Shown: positions 42,082-51,548, counted from the stretch's first letter. The stretch is 64,000 nucleotides of DNA from Bacteroidota bacterium (GCA_013288555.1 JABDBQ010000003.1:10945-74944), one strand, 5' to 3'. A program made the numbers and translations. The notes: a model not told the origin generated them from the letters alone.

Positions 42082-43023
42082 ATGAACGAAAATCTCCGCA
42101 TCATTTTTATGGGGACCCCTGATTTTGCTGTACCTTCATTAAGAAGTATTTACGAAGCCGGTTATAATGTTGTCTCTGTAATAACCGCCCCTGATAAACC
42201 CGCCGGAAGAGGATTGCAAATTCATCAATCACCTGTTAAAGAATATGCGCTCGCGAATAATATACCGGTATTGCAACCTCTTAAACTCAAAGACGCTGAT
42301 TTTCTGGATGCATTGCGATCTTTAAATGCAAACCTACAGGTCGTTGTTGCTTTCAGGATGCTGCCCGACGCCGTCTGGCAAATGCCTGAACTCGGTACAT
42401 TTAACCTTCATGCTTCTCTATTGCCTGATTACAGGGGCGCTGCACCCATAAACTGGGCGGTGATCAATGGTGAAAAAGAAACAGGGGTGACGACCTTTTT
42501 TTTAAAACATGATATTGATACGGGAGATATTATCTACCAGGACAAAATATCCATTGGCCCGGACGAAGATGCGGGAACATTACACGACAAGTTGATGACA
42601 GCCGGGGCGGAACTTGTTTTAAAAACGGTAAAAGACATTGAAGCGGGGACCATAAAAACAAAGCCGCAAACCCTTACAAATCAACCGAAACCGGCTCCTA
42701 AATTGTTTAAAGAAAATTGCCGGATCAACTGGACTTCCAACAACCTTAATGAAATTCATAATTTTATCCGTGGCTTAAGTCCTTATCCCACAGCCTGGAC
42801 CATGCTTGATGGCAAAGTTTTGAAAATATATAAGACCATGAAAGAAACTGCTATAAATAATGAGACTCCCAGTCAAATTATTACAGACAATAGGTCGTTC
42901 CTCAAAGTCTCTGTTAAAGGCGGATATCTTCATATTCTTGAACTGCAGCTTGAAGGCCGGAAAAAGATGGCGTTTGAAGAATTTTTGAGAGGCTACATTA
43001 TCAAAGACTGTAAAGCTGTCTGA
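42082..43023 (+). CDS. fmt: Methionyl-tRNA formyltransferase
   Basis: 313 aa. IIFMGTPDFAVPSL, NLHASLLPDYRGAAPINWAVING. Confidence 0.95.
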   Translation: MNENLRIIFMGTPDFAVPSLRSIYEAGYNVVSVITAPDKPAGRGLQIHQSPVKEYALANNIPVLQPLKLKDADFLDALRSLNANLQVVVAFRMLPDAVWQMPELGTFNLHASLLPDYRGAAPINWAVINGEKETGVTTFFLKHDIDTGDIIYQDKISIGPDEDAGTLHDKLMTAGAELVLKTVKDIEAGTIKTKPQTLTNQPKPAPKLFKENCRINWTSNNLNEIHNFIRGLSPYPTAWTMLDGKVLKIYKTMKETAINNETPSQIITDNRSFLKVSVKGGYLHILELQLEGRKKMAFEEFLRGYIIKDCKAV

Positions 43024-43040
43024 GCATGAGACATGAAGAA

Positions 43041-44288
43041 TTAAAACACCTCTCCCAGGTTAAAAAACAATCCCCTGGAACCATTGATTCCCCAGGCATA
43101 ATCAATGCATGCATTGGTATTAGAATGTTTGTTTACCTTAATGCGTAATCCTGTTCCCACTGAGGGTAAAACATTATCAAATTTTTGCCCGGGCCAGCTT
43201 GAAAAACTTTGATAATTGGTAAAAACCACACCTCCCAGCAGACCATTAGTCATGATTCTGAACCGATACTCCGTTTCGAAATACATCATTCCGGGACCTT
43301 TAAACCTATCCTGTACGTAGCCACGACCGCTGTTTTCATAAGTATCCCAATAGGTTGCAGGCAAATCAAGATATGGTGCATGCCCAACTGTAAACCAGTA
43401 AAAATTCCAGAATGACAGGATGTTATGAGATTTTTTAGGGAAGCGGACATATTTACGAAACTCCGCATAAAGCAATTGCCAGTTATTGCTGCTTCCCAAA
43501 AGGGTAAGATTTGGACGAATTATTATATTACCAAACCACCCGCTCTGGGGATTATTGTTGTTCCGCCGCGCGTCATATATCAGGTTAAGCGACAGCCCGG
43601 ATGAAACAGTTGAACCCACACCTCCGTCATATTTGCGCAAATCCGTTTCGATTCCGTTTTCCCTGCCAAAATCTTCTATATCATAATGATAATCGAGATT
43701 ATAACCGATTCCCGCAAGAAAATCAGGCACAACTTGTTTGGCTACTACTTCGTAAGCCCTGATGTAGGAATAATCGAGCGGATCCTCATCTGCAAGTGTT
43801 GTATAGCCCCCTAATCCATAAGTGATAGACGGATATTTGAAATACCTGAAATCACCGATCAGGTCAAGGTCATTCCCTTTAGTCCATATATTCGATTCAA
43901 GAGGCACCGTGACCTGGTGATTGAGTGTATAGGCACCATTTAAAGTTATGATGGAAAGGTTCGTTTTTGCAGGGTCATCCGTATAAAAAGAAAAATTTGC
44001 TGTTGCGCCTACAAGCAGTGAAGTGTGCTCCGTATAACCCAGGGCAGGAACCAGTGACAGGTACAGCTTGTCTTTTTTAAGTTTTGAAGTATCAGAAAAA
44101 GGCTCATTTTTAATGCCCCACATATCGGTCCATACATCCCAGACATCAATCTCGTTCTGAACCAAAGAATCATTATGTGTCAGGACTTTATCTGCGCCTT
44201 TCTGTTGTGCATACAAGTCGGACACTGACCAAAAAATCAGGAATAAAATAAGGAAAAATGAAAAGAATTTTTGCTTGCCTGAATACAT
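43041..44288 (-). CDS. Omp85/BamA-family barrel-only outer-membrane protein
   Basis: 415 aa. Signal peptide ending DLYAQ; loop-6-like GRGYVQDRFKG...ETEYRF; C-terminal aromatic residue (GEVF). Confidence 0.7.
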   Translation of the reverse strand: MYSGKQKFFSFFLILFLIFWSVSDLYAQQKGADKVLTHNDSLVQNEIDVWDVWTDMWGIKNEPFSDTSKLKKDKLYLSLVPALGYTEHTSLLVGATANFSFYTDDPAKTNLSIITLNGAYTLNHQVTVPLESNIWTKGNDLDLIGDFRYFKYPSITYGLGGYTTLADEDPLDYSYIRAYEVVAKQVVPDFLAGIGYNLDYHYDIEDFGRENGIETDLRKYDGGVGSTVSSGLSLNLIYDARRNNNNPQSGWFGNIIIRPNLTLLGSSNNWQLLYAEFRKYVRFPKKSHNILSFWNFYWFTVGHAPYLDLPATYWDTYENSGRGYVQDRFKGPGMMYFETEYRFRIMTNGLLGGVVFTNYQSFSSWPGQKFDNVLPSVGTGLRIKVNKHSNTNACIDYAWGINGSRGLFFNLGEVF

Positions 44289-44383
44289 TTGCCCACCTGA
44301 AGTAAAAGCGAAATATAGGGTTATTATTTTAAAATCCCGGCCAATCAGATATATCAGGTTTTAATTCGAATATCGGGTTGATT

Positions 44384-47300
44384 TTATTTTTCGATTACCA
44401 GTTTGTATGCACTAAGATGTTCATCCTTAATAAAATTGATAAAATACATTCCTGCAGGCAAATCTGCCAGATTTGCATCCAGATTAAATGAATTGGTGAA
44501 TCCCTGGTAGATATTCTTCATATTTCTCCCCAGCATATCCGTAATATTCAATGAGACGTAACATTTTTGCGGCCACGAATAATTTATAGATATTTTATCA
44601 CGGGCAGGATTCGGGAAATAACCAAACCCATTTTTCGCAGGGTCCTGTGCAGCGATACCTGCATACGATTCGGCAACAATAAACCATCGTGTAAACATTT
44701 TAGACTTATTTCCAGAATGGTCTTCGGCCTGGTAATTAAGGTAATACGTGCCGGGGTTATCTGTATTCACAAAAGTACCCGATGTGAGTATGAAAGGACA
44801 ACAATCATAATTATCTGAATAATAATATCCTAAATTGGCATCATAGTATTGCCAGCGCTGCAGGTAAACCATGGTATCCACATCAAAATAAAGTATTGGT
44901 GCAATCCTGTCTACTACTTTTACAATCAGGAAGGCTGTATCAGACCTTAGTCCTTCAGGATCTTTGGCAATAAACATCACGGTGGTTTGACCGAGCTGAT
45001 ATTTATTGATATACAAATATTGTTGATTCACTTTGTCATAACGATAGCATATGGTATCGTGTATTTTTGAAACGGGATAATAATTATCAGACATTACCGG
45101 CTTAGGCAAGGTATAATTTTTGTTTACTTCGACATAAAATGTATCAAAAGGGAAATGAATTGATGGAGGTATGAAATTCTTTACAATGACCTTCCTGGTT
45201 ACCGATGCGCTGTTACCGGCACTGTCAGTAGCCGTATATATAATATACTGGATGCCGATCTTCGATGAATCCGGTCTGGGCTTAACAGAATAAATCAAAT
45301 GTCTTGTATAATTATCTGCGGCAGCTATACCCGGATCAGCAAAATGGGTGAGCACCTGTAGATTAAAAACAGGATTTCCCAAAAGCGTTATGACAGGTTT
45401 TATGGTGTCGCCTACAATTACCTTACGATGTGTAATGCCTTTATTTCCACTCAAATCCGTCGCAGAATAAGTAATAAAATATACCCCGGTATGGTTAATA
45501 TCCACATTGCCCGAAATCATGACGGTCAATCCGGTATCAATATTGTCTTTTGCAACAGCACCGTCTTCATGATAGGGGGTATATACTTCCACAAAGACAA
45601 CCTGACTGTCATTTAGAATTATGGCAGGAGCCGTGGTATCCCCGATGACTTTAACAACTCTCTTTACCTCTTTGGCAGCATTGCCTTCATTGTCTGCTGC
45701 ATTATAAGTTACAAAATAAACCCCGGGTATACTGGTATTAACACTATCGTTAGTTATAAGATTATAATTGATTAACCCATCCGCATAATCGTAAACGTTG
45801 GCACCATCATCTGAATATGTTGTTTTTTCTTCAACAAGCACCGTATCCTGACCCTTGATAGTAATAATAGGTGGTACAGTATCTTTAACAAGAACCACAT
45901 TATAGTCTTCAAATTCTCCTACGGCATTCACGCCACATGCATCTATCGTCCTATCTGCTAAGGTAACACCTACCCTGATCCTGCAGGTTCCAGTCGTAAT
46001 CCTTCTCAGTTGAAAGCTTCCACCCCATGTTTTCCCAGTGATATTCTGAAGGACAAGTGCAGTGTCGTCCGCCTGGTTAAAATTACCATCCTTGCTATAG
46101 TTAAGCCATACTATTCCATTCATATTCCCAATTGCTGTATCCCTGCTTATGCTGATATGATATAAATCGTCCTGGATCAAAGGTGGAGGATTTGAAGTAA
46201 GGTAGGCATTATAGCCTGTATCTCCACATGTGGAAAAATGATTGATTAAGGTGTCATTATTGCGGTCTGAAAGAACAACTCTGGAAATGCCGACTGAATT
46301 GACCGGTGTTACCACAAAAGGAGTACAATATTGCTGCACATAAATAAAAGAATCTTTTAAGGTTGTTGACGTTCCTTTTTCATTGGTTGCGCTGAGAGAA
46401 ACAGAATATATTCCGGAATCAGGGAATTGAACCACAGGATTTTGCGTCAAAGAATCAGAGTTCACAAATCTGATAAGGTTCCGGTTGTTTAAAGGTTTTA
46501 TCTTCCAAAGCCATTTAAAGGGATGCTCGGTAGAAATATCGTAAAACTGAACCGGCTCATTAGAACCAACGGTAGTTATTGTTGAAATACCATCGCCAAG
46601 TATGGTTTTGAAATTAGCGACCGGTTTAAAATCGTTTTTAAGAATGATAATAGATTTATAAAAAGTATCCACCCCTCCGCAATTCTGCGCAATTAATCTG
46701 ACCTTTATTATCCCTGACGAATCGTACTGAAACACAGGATTAGAATTAAAGTTATCATTAACACCATCTCCATTCATATCCCAGAAAAAATGAAGCTCCG
46801 GGCCAGTCGAATTATTTGTAAATGCAACAGTATGATTTATATATAAGGTATCAGGGCATGAAAATGCAGCTTTGGGTGGTGCAGATGTCCTTAGAACTGA
46901 AGTCCAGAATGCCTCAAAACCATCCCCGGTAAAGCTTGAATCTGTTGTCCATTGCAGATATGCCGTTCCTGAATTTGCTGTTATGCCAAGTGGAATTTGA
47001 GGAATATTGCCGGGATTGCTGTTTTGAAAACCATTTGGGAATCCCGCTGCTGCAGTCAGCGAATTGCCTCTGGCATTGGTACTGTCAAATATTTTGAGAT
47101 TGTCTTTGCCCGCACCATAGGTGTTGACATCAAATGAATTGAAACTTATTTTAATAGCTGTGGCACAGGGTGGTTTGATGACCACAAAACAGCTTTTATT
47201 GTTACCATAGGGGCCGTACTTGCCGCCATCATCATATATAAACCCGGAATTTCCTGTTACTGTATCAACGCCCCCACACATCCTGACATAATTGATAATA

Positions 47301-48880
47301 TTGAAAAAACCTTTTTTAGTTTCTGTCTGGAGTCCTTTGCCGTTATGCGCGGTTAGGCTCACATTATAATTTCCTGTTTGATTGAATTTTAATACAGGGT
47401 TTTGGGAAGAATATGTTGTCCCGTTCAAATAGCTGAATGTTGGCGATCCATTAATGACAGAAGGTTCTATCTGCCAATACCAACTGCCGGGTTTGTTGGC
47501 GGATTGATCGGTGAGTTGAATGATCGTTGTTGTATCGGCAATATTCTGGCTTGCAATAAACTGTGCAACGGGCGACAATGCCGGTGGAATCAATCTGACA
47601 CTATCGGTCACATACCTGATTACAGTCGAATCGCATCCCTGCCAGGTAAGCTTCATTTTTACCGCATAGGTTACACTGCCTTTGCCGGGACTTTGAGTCC
47701 AGGTGTACGTAACAGTATCACCTTCAGCATCAAATTTTGCATTGTTATTATTGATGCAAGTGTTTGAAAAACACCATTCGGTTTTTACATTCCCGTGCAC
47801 ATTGCTTGTATTGGTAAAAACCACAGGAGATCCAAGATATCTTGGTGAATCGATGACAAAAGAAGGCTTCGGAGGGTATGCATCCTGCTGCACATCAATA
47901 ATATATTCTTCTGCGTCGCCATATCTCAGGTTGCTACAGGGGCTCAGTTTAGGAACTGTGTCAATATCACTTACAATACGGAGTTTATGAGAACCGGGTG
48001 TGGCTGTACAGGGTATATAAAGACTTGTGCTGTAGGTTTGCGCAGAAGGACTCGATTTTGTATAAAATGCGGTTTCAGTACTCGTATCAATAATGCCATC
48101 ATTATTCCAGTCTACCCAGCCAATGACCTGTTCATTATGACCCTGACCATATTTAATAGAAACAGAATAACTCTGCTGCCTGTAGGCTGTTAATTTCTGA
48201 GCCGGATAAAAACTAAGCCTGTCCAGGTCTACTGATGGGTTATTGATCTGGTTTCCGATTTCAACATTGGTAATGCCAATGTATTGTTTGCTTACAGTAT
48301 TGGGGGTTAATACAGATATATTGCAGTAATTCTCATAATAATCTATGGCTCTTGCTCCTACGGGGTTTCCGGTTTTTATAACTATGTCTGTGTCTGAAAG
48401 CCTGACGGAATCAATCGTTGCATCCAGCACATCAGGAGAAGTATTGGCATTAGTTGATATGTCATATGCCAGAAAAAAATAGTTATTGCCGGCCTGGAGG
48501 ACTTTATTTAACTGGAAATACATTTTCCCTTTCGGATTATTAATGACAGTCCCAATGGTGTCCGAACTTGTTAGTTCTTTGCCTGTTAAGTCAATATTCC
48601 CTGTGTAATAAAGATGAGCGGCCGATATATCAGACACATTCGTGGTGCCTTTGGTCGAGAAATAAAACTTAGTGGCTTTCTCCGTTTTTCCCGGTGCCAG
48701 TCCGGTTATGCCCAGCTTAAATTTAAGAATCTGGGCATGTTGTTGCCCCCTGAAAGCATTAGTGGTAATTTGATAAGTAGTATCAGCTATCTTTGCATCG
48801 CAATTGTTGCCGATACAAAGGAGCATCAAGCCCATGGGTAAGACCGCGCGCAACGATATATGAGGGCAGTTTTTTCGCAT
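44384..48880 (-). CDS. Giant mosaic cell-surface protein (PKD, CUB-like, GEVED-like, five DUF5011/HYR-type Ig repeats) with T9SS C-terminal sorting domain
   Basis: About 1498 aa from MRKNCP (the ORF opens at 48910). PKD signatures (VAFTNNSTG...FFWDMNGDG). Repeated DT(x)PP/APxI(x)L...Y.D.GA.A.D units. YGDAEEYIIDV and VGEFEDYNVVL. C-terminus FPNPARDKISINY...GMYFINF...LVIEK. Confidence 0.8.
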   Translation of the reverse strand: MRKNCPHISLRAVLPMGLMLLCIGNNCDAKIADTTYQITTNAFRGQQHAQILKFKLGITGLAPGKTEKATKFYFSTKGTTNVSDISAAHLYYTGNIDLTGKELTSSDTIGTVINNPKGKMYFQLNKVLQAGNNYFFLAYDISTNANTSPDVLDATIDSVRLSDTDIVIKTGNPVGARAIDYYENYCNISVLTPNTVSKQYIGITNVEIGNQINNPSVDLDRLSFYPAQKLTAYRQQSYSVSIKYGQGHNEQVIGWVDWNNDGIIDTSTETAFYTKSSPSAQTYSTSLYIPCTATPGSHKLRIVSDIDTVPKLSPCSNLRYGDAEEYIIDVQQDAYPPKPSFVIDSPRYLGSPVVFTNTSNVHGNVKTEWCFSNTCINNNNAKFDAEGDTVTYTWTQSPGKGSVTYAVKMKLTWQGCDSTVIRYVTDSVRLIPPALSPVAQFIASQNIADTTTIIQLTDQSANKPGSWYWQIEPSVINGSPTFSYLNGTTYSSQNPVLKFNQTGNYNVSLTAHNGKGLQTETKKGFFNIINYVRMCGGVDTVTGNSGFIYDDGGKYGPYGNNKSCFVVIKPPCATAIKISFNSFDVNTYGAGKDNLKIFDSTNARGNSLTAAAGFPNGFQNSNPGNIPQIPLGITANSGTAYLQWTTDSSFTGDGFEAFWTSVLRTSAPPKAAFSCPDTLYINHTVAFTNNSTGPELHFFWDMNGDGVNDNFNSNPVFQYDSSGIIKVRLIAQNCGGVDTFYKSIIILKNDFKPVANFKTILGDGISTITTVGSNEPVQFYDISTEHPFKWLWKIKPLNNRNLIRFVNSDSLTQNPVVQFPDSGIYSVSLSATNEKGTSTTLKDSFIYVQQYCTPFVVTPVNSVGISRVVLSDRNNDTLINHFSTCGDTGYNAYLTSNPPPLIQDDLYHISISRDTAIGNMNGIVWLNYSKDGNFNQADDTALVLQNITGKTWGGSFQLRRITTGTCRIRVGVTLADRTIDACGVNAVGEFEDYNVVLVKDTVPPIITIKGQDTVLVEEKTTYSDDGANVYDYADGLINYNLITNDSVNTSIPGVYFVTYNAADNEGNAAKEVKRVVKVIGDTTAPAIILNDSQVVFVEVYTPYHEDGAVAKDNIDTGLTVMISGNVDINHTGVYFITYSATDLSGNKGITHRKVIVGDTIKPVITLLGNPVFNLQVLTHFADPGIAAADNYTRHLIYSVKPRPDSSKIGIQYIIYTATDSAGNSASVTRKVIVKNFIPPSIHFPFDTFYVEVNKNYTLPKPVMSDNYYPVSKIHDTICYRYDKVNQQYLYINKYQLGQTTVMFIAKDPEGLRSDTAFLIVKVVDRIAPILYFDVDTMVYLQRWQYYDANLGYYYSDNYDCCPFILTSGTFVNTDNPGTYYLNYQAEDHSGNKSKMFTRWFIVAESYAGIAAQDPAKNGFGYFPNPARDKISINYSWPQKCYVSLNITDMLGRNMKNIYQGFTNSFNLDANLADLPAGMYFINFIKDEHLSAYKLVIEK

Positions 48881-49017
48881 TACAAATTTTGGCAAAATTG
48901 TAATCAACAAGTAAAGTTAGCAATATCTTATGAAACAACCTAATTTTACAAAAAAATTAGATAGCGCGAATAATTCTATCCGGGTAACTGCTTGCCTTTT
49001 ACAAGAAAAAACGATTC

Positions 49018-50076
49018 ATGGATAATATTGAAATTGAAGACGATCTAAACGCTGAAGAACAGGGAGAACAGGAAGAGTTTTATGAGCATTTCCGTATCGT
49101 GGCAGACAAAGGGCAGGAACCCCTGCGTATTGACAAGTTCCTGGCAAGCAGGATTCAGAACGCCAGCCGGAACAGGATACAAAATGCAGCCCGAGCCGGC
49201 AGTATTTATGTAAACGGGATACCTGTAAAACCAAATCACCGGGTGAAACCACTTGAGGTGATCACCATTTTGCTTGCCGAGCCGCCAAGAGATAAAGAAC
49301 TCAAACCCGAAAATATCCCCCTCACTATTGTTTATGAAGACGATAACCTTTTGGTGGTAAACAAACCCGCAGGTATGGTGGTCCACCCGGGTTACAACAA
49401 CTATACAGGCACCCTGGTTAACGCGCTCATTTATCATTTTGACCAGCTGCCTACCGCAAATGGCGAACGCCGTCCGGGCTTAGTACACCGAATTGACAAA
49501 GATACCAGCGGCTTACTCGTTATCGCCAAAGACGAATACAGCATGTCCTTCCTGGCCAAGCAGTTTTTTGAGCATACCATAGAACGCAGTTATCAGGCAT
49601 TGGTATGGGGTACTTTTGCGGAGCAGGAAGGAACTATTGATGCCAAACTGGCCAGAGCCAAAAAAGACCGCCGGGTGATGCAGGTGTACCAGGAAGAAGA
49701 TGAAGGGAAACGTTCCATAACCCATTTTAAAGTGCTGGAAGAATTCCATTATGTAACGCTGATAGAATGCCGGCTGGAAACAGGACGCACGCACCAGATA
49801 AGGGCTCACATGCAGCATATCGGCCACCCCATTTTCAATGATGCTGCCTATAAAGGCAACGAAATTCTTGTCGGTCCGAAATTTGCAAAATACAAACAGT
49901 TTGTTGAGAATTGCTTTGCCTTATGTCCGCGTCAGGCCCTGCATGCCAGGAGTTTAGGATTCATTCACCCCATCACCGGCAAAAAGCTCTTTTTTGAAGA
50001 ACCATTGCCACCGGATATGACGGCTTTGGTCGAAAAATGGAGAGGCTATAGTGGGAATTTGAAGGTGGAAGATTGA
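49018..50076 (+). CDS. rluD: RluA/RluD-family 23S rRNA pseudouridine synthase
   Basis: 352 aa. S4 domain RIDKFLASRI...IYVNG; catalytic HRIDKDTSGLLVIAK; GRTHQIRAH. Acidic N-terminal extension. Confidence 0.88.
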   Translation: MDNIEIEDDLNAEEQGEQEEFYEHFRIVADKGQEPLRIDKFLASRIQNASRNRIQNAARAGSIYVNGIPVKPNHRVKPLEVITILLAEPPRDKELKPENIPLTIVYEDDNLLVVNKPAGMVVHPGYNNYTGTLVNALIYHFDQLPTANGERRPGLVHRIDKDTSGLLVIAKDEYSMSFLAKQFFEHTIERSYQALVWGTFAEQEGTIDAKLARAKKDRRVMQVYQEEDEGKRSITHFKVLEEFHYVTLIECRLETGRTHQIRAHMQHIGHPIFNDAAYKGNEILVGPKFAKYKQFVENCFALCPRQALHARSLGFIHPITGKKLFFEEPLPPDMTALVEKWRGYSGNLKVED

Positions 50077-50127
50077 TAGCAGGAAGAGTGAGAAGTAAGA
50101 AGTGAGAGGTAAGAAGATTGGATGACC
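50053..50127 (+). repeat. Purine-rich intergenic repeat, copy A (includes heptamer array tgagaag/taagaag x4 at 50089-50116)
   Basis: Reads gggaatttgaaggtggaagattga...gtgagaagtaagaagtgagaggtaagaag. It overlaps the last 8 codons of rluD. Related copies at 51459-51510 and 56897-56945. Confidence 0.8.
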
Positions 50128-50192
50128 AGTTTTTAAGTTGGCAACTTTCCAGAAGTTAGCAATTCTAAAGACCAAACGCTGTTTAAAAATGA

Positions 50193-50243
50193 GCCACAAA
50201 GGCACAAAGGCGCTAAAACTTTGGGTCTTTGTGTCTTTGTGGC
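50193..50243 (+). terminator. Long hairpin downstream of rluD (possible terminator)
   Basis: 18-nt arms gccacaaaggcacaaagg / tctttgtgtctttgtggc (16 Watson-Crick pairs plus 2 G-U on a plus-strand transcript), 15-nt loop, followed by aattttg. Each arm is an octamer doublet. Confidence 0.5.
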
Positions 50244-50361
50244 AATTTTGTCCCCGACCGAAAAGCGTCTGTTAACGAAATCCTTCTGAAAATTATTAAA
50301 CCTTTCGATGTTTGATACGTTAATCATTTGTTATCGTATTATCTACCTGAATATCAAAAAA

Positions 50362-51438
50362 ATGCAAAAAAACAAATTAGAAGAGCTCGCCTCTGAAAGA
50401 AACCATCCATGTGTTACTATTTCTATGAATACGCATAGAACACATCCGGATACTTTACAAGATAGCATTGAGCTTAAAAAACTGTTACATGAAGCCAAGG
50501 AACGTGTAGTCAGTGAATTTGGCAAGCGCCCAGTTACAGAATTATTAGAAAAAATTGATGCAGTCGAAAAGGGAATAGATATGAACTACAACCTTGACAG
50601 CTTACATATTTTTCTTTCCAATACCACACAAGAAATCCTGAAATCACCATGGCCGATAGCGGAAGATAATGTTCAATTATCAGACTCATATGCCATTAAA
50701 CCGTTAATTAAAGAATTGAACAGAACTGAAGAATATCTCATCCTTGTCCTGTCACAATCCGGGGTCAGTTTGTTTCATGCCATAAATGACGCGATAGGAA
50801 AGGAAATACGAACCGATGGTTTTCCGTTCGATAAAAAACATCATTATCTCACAGATCATCAGAAATTAAGTGAGGGAAAACTGGTTGATGATATGGTTCG
50901 TGAATATTTTAATACGGTAGATAAGGCAGTCGTAAAAGTTCACAATGAAACAGGAATGAACTGCATCGTTTTTTGCACGGAGGACAATTATACCCGGCTC
51001 GTGCAGGTTGCCGACAAACCATCCGTCTACATGGGTCACGTACATATAAACTACGACGATACCTCGAAAAAGACTTTGGCTACCGATGCATGGAAGATTG
51101 TATCTGCTCATCAAAAACAGACCAGGGTAGATGCCATGAATGAAATGCAGGAGGCTGTAGGTAAAGGTAACGTGATTACAGATTTATCTGATATTTATCG
51201 AGCGGTGAAAGAAGGAAGGGGAGATTTATTAATCCTGCAGGATGCGTTTCACCAAGCTGTAAAAATGACAGGGGAATATACATTTGACCTGGTGGACGAC
51301 ATCACAGAACCTGGTGTTATAGATAATATCACAGATAGGATCGCATGGGATGTCGTTGCAAAAAACGGACGGTCTATATTTACAAATAAAGATGAATCGC
51401 CTTCAATTGAAAATATATCTTTGAAGGTGAGGTATTGA
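50362..51438 (+). CDS. Putative bacterial eRF1/Pelota-like protein (baeRF-type), uncharacterised
   Basis: 358 aa from MQKNKLEEL. N-terminal CVTISMNTHRTHPDTLQDSIELKKLL resembles the PTHR...P...QD.I..KNLL motif I recall from baeRF3-type proteins. C-terminal GKGNVITDLSDIYRAVKEGRGDLLILQD resembles eRF1/Pelota domain 3. Assignment is from memory only, not searched. Confidence 0.45.
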   Translation: MQKNKLEELASERNHPCVTISMNTHRTHPDTLQDSIELKKLLHEAKERVVSEFGKRPVTELLEKIDAVEKGIDMNYNLDSLHIFLSNTTQEILKSPWPIAEDNVQLSDSYAIKPLIKELNRTEEYLILVLSQSGVSLFHAINDAIGKEIRTDGFPFDKKHHYLTDHQKLSEGKLVDDMVREYFNTVDKAVVKVHNETGMNCIVFCTEDNYTRLVQVADKPSVYMGHVHINYDDTSKKTLATDAWKIVSAHQKQTRVDAMNEMQEAVGKGNVITDLSDIYRAVKEGRGDLLILQDAFHQAVKMTGEYTFDLVDDITEPGVIDNITDRIAWDVVAKNGRSIFTNKDESPSIENISLKVRY

Positions 51439-51458
51439 TTGACTGATTATTTGAGGGA

Positions 51459-51510
51459 TATTCAGGGAATCTGAAGGTGGAAGACTGAGTTGGGTGAGAA
51501 GTAAAAAGAC
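51459..51510 (+). repeat. Purine-rich intergenic repeat, copy B
   Basis: Reads tattcagggaatctgaaggtggaagactgag...gtgagaagtaaaaag. Same orientation as copy A; begins about 21 nt after the baeRF-like stop. Confidence 0.8.
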
Positions 51511-51548
51511 TGGACTGCCCATACAAGAGTTGTCCAAACAAGTTAGAA

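Noticed and set aside
51444-51488. Second GYSGNLKVED-stop coding segment considered as a real exon, readthrough or frameshift extension of the baeRF-like gene
   Set aside because: The frame is closed by a TGA 13 codons upstream (51444-51446), has no start codon, and is out of frame with the baeRF-like stop. It is more simply a DNA repeat copy or a relic terminus (see finding).
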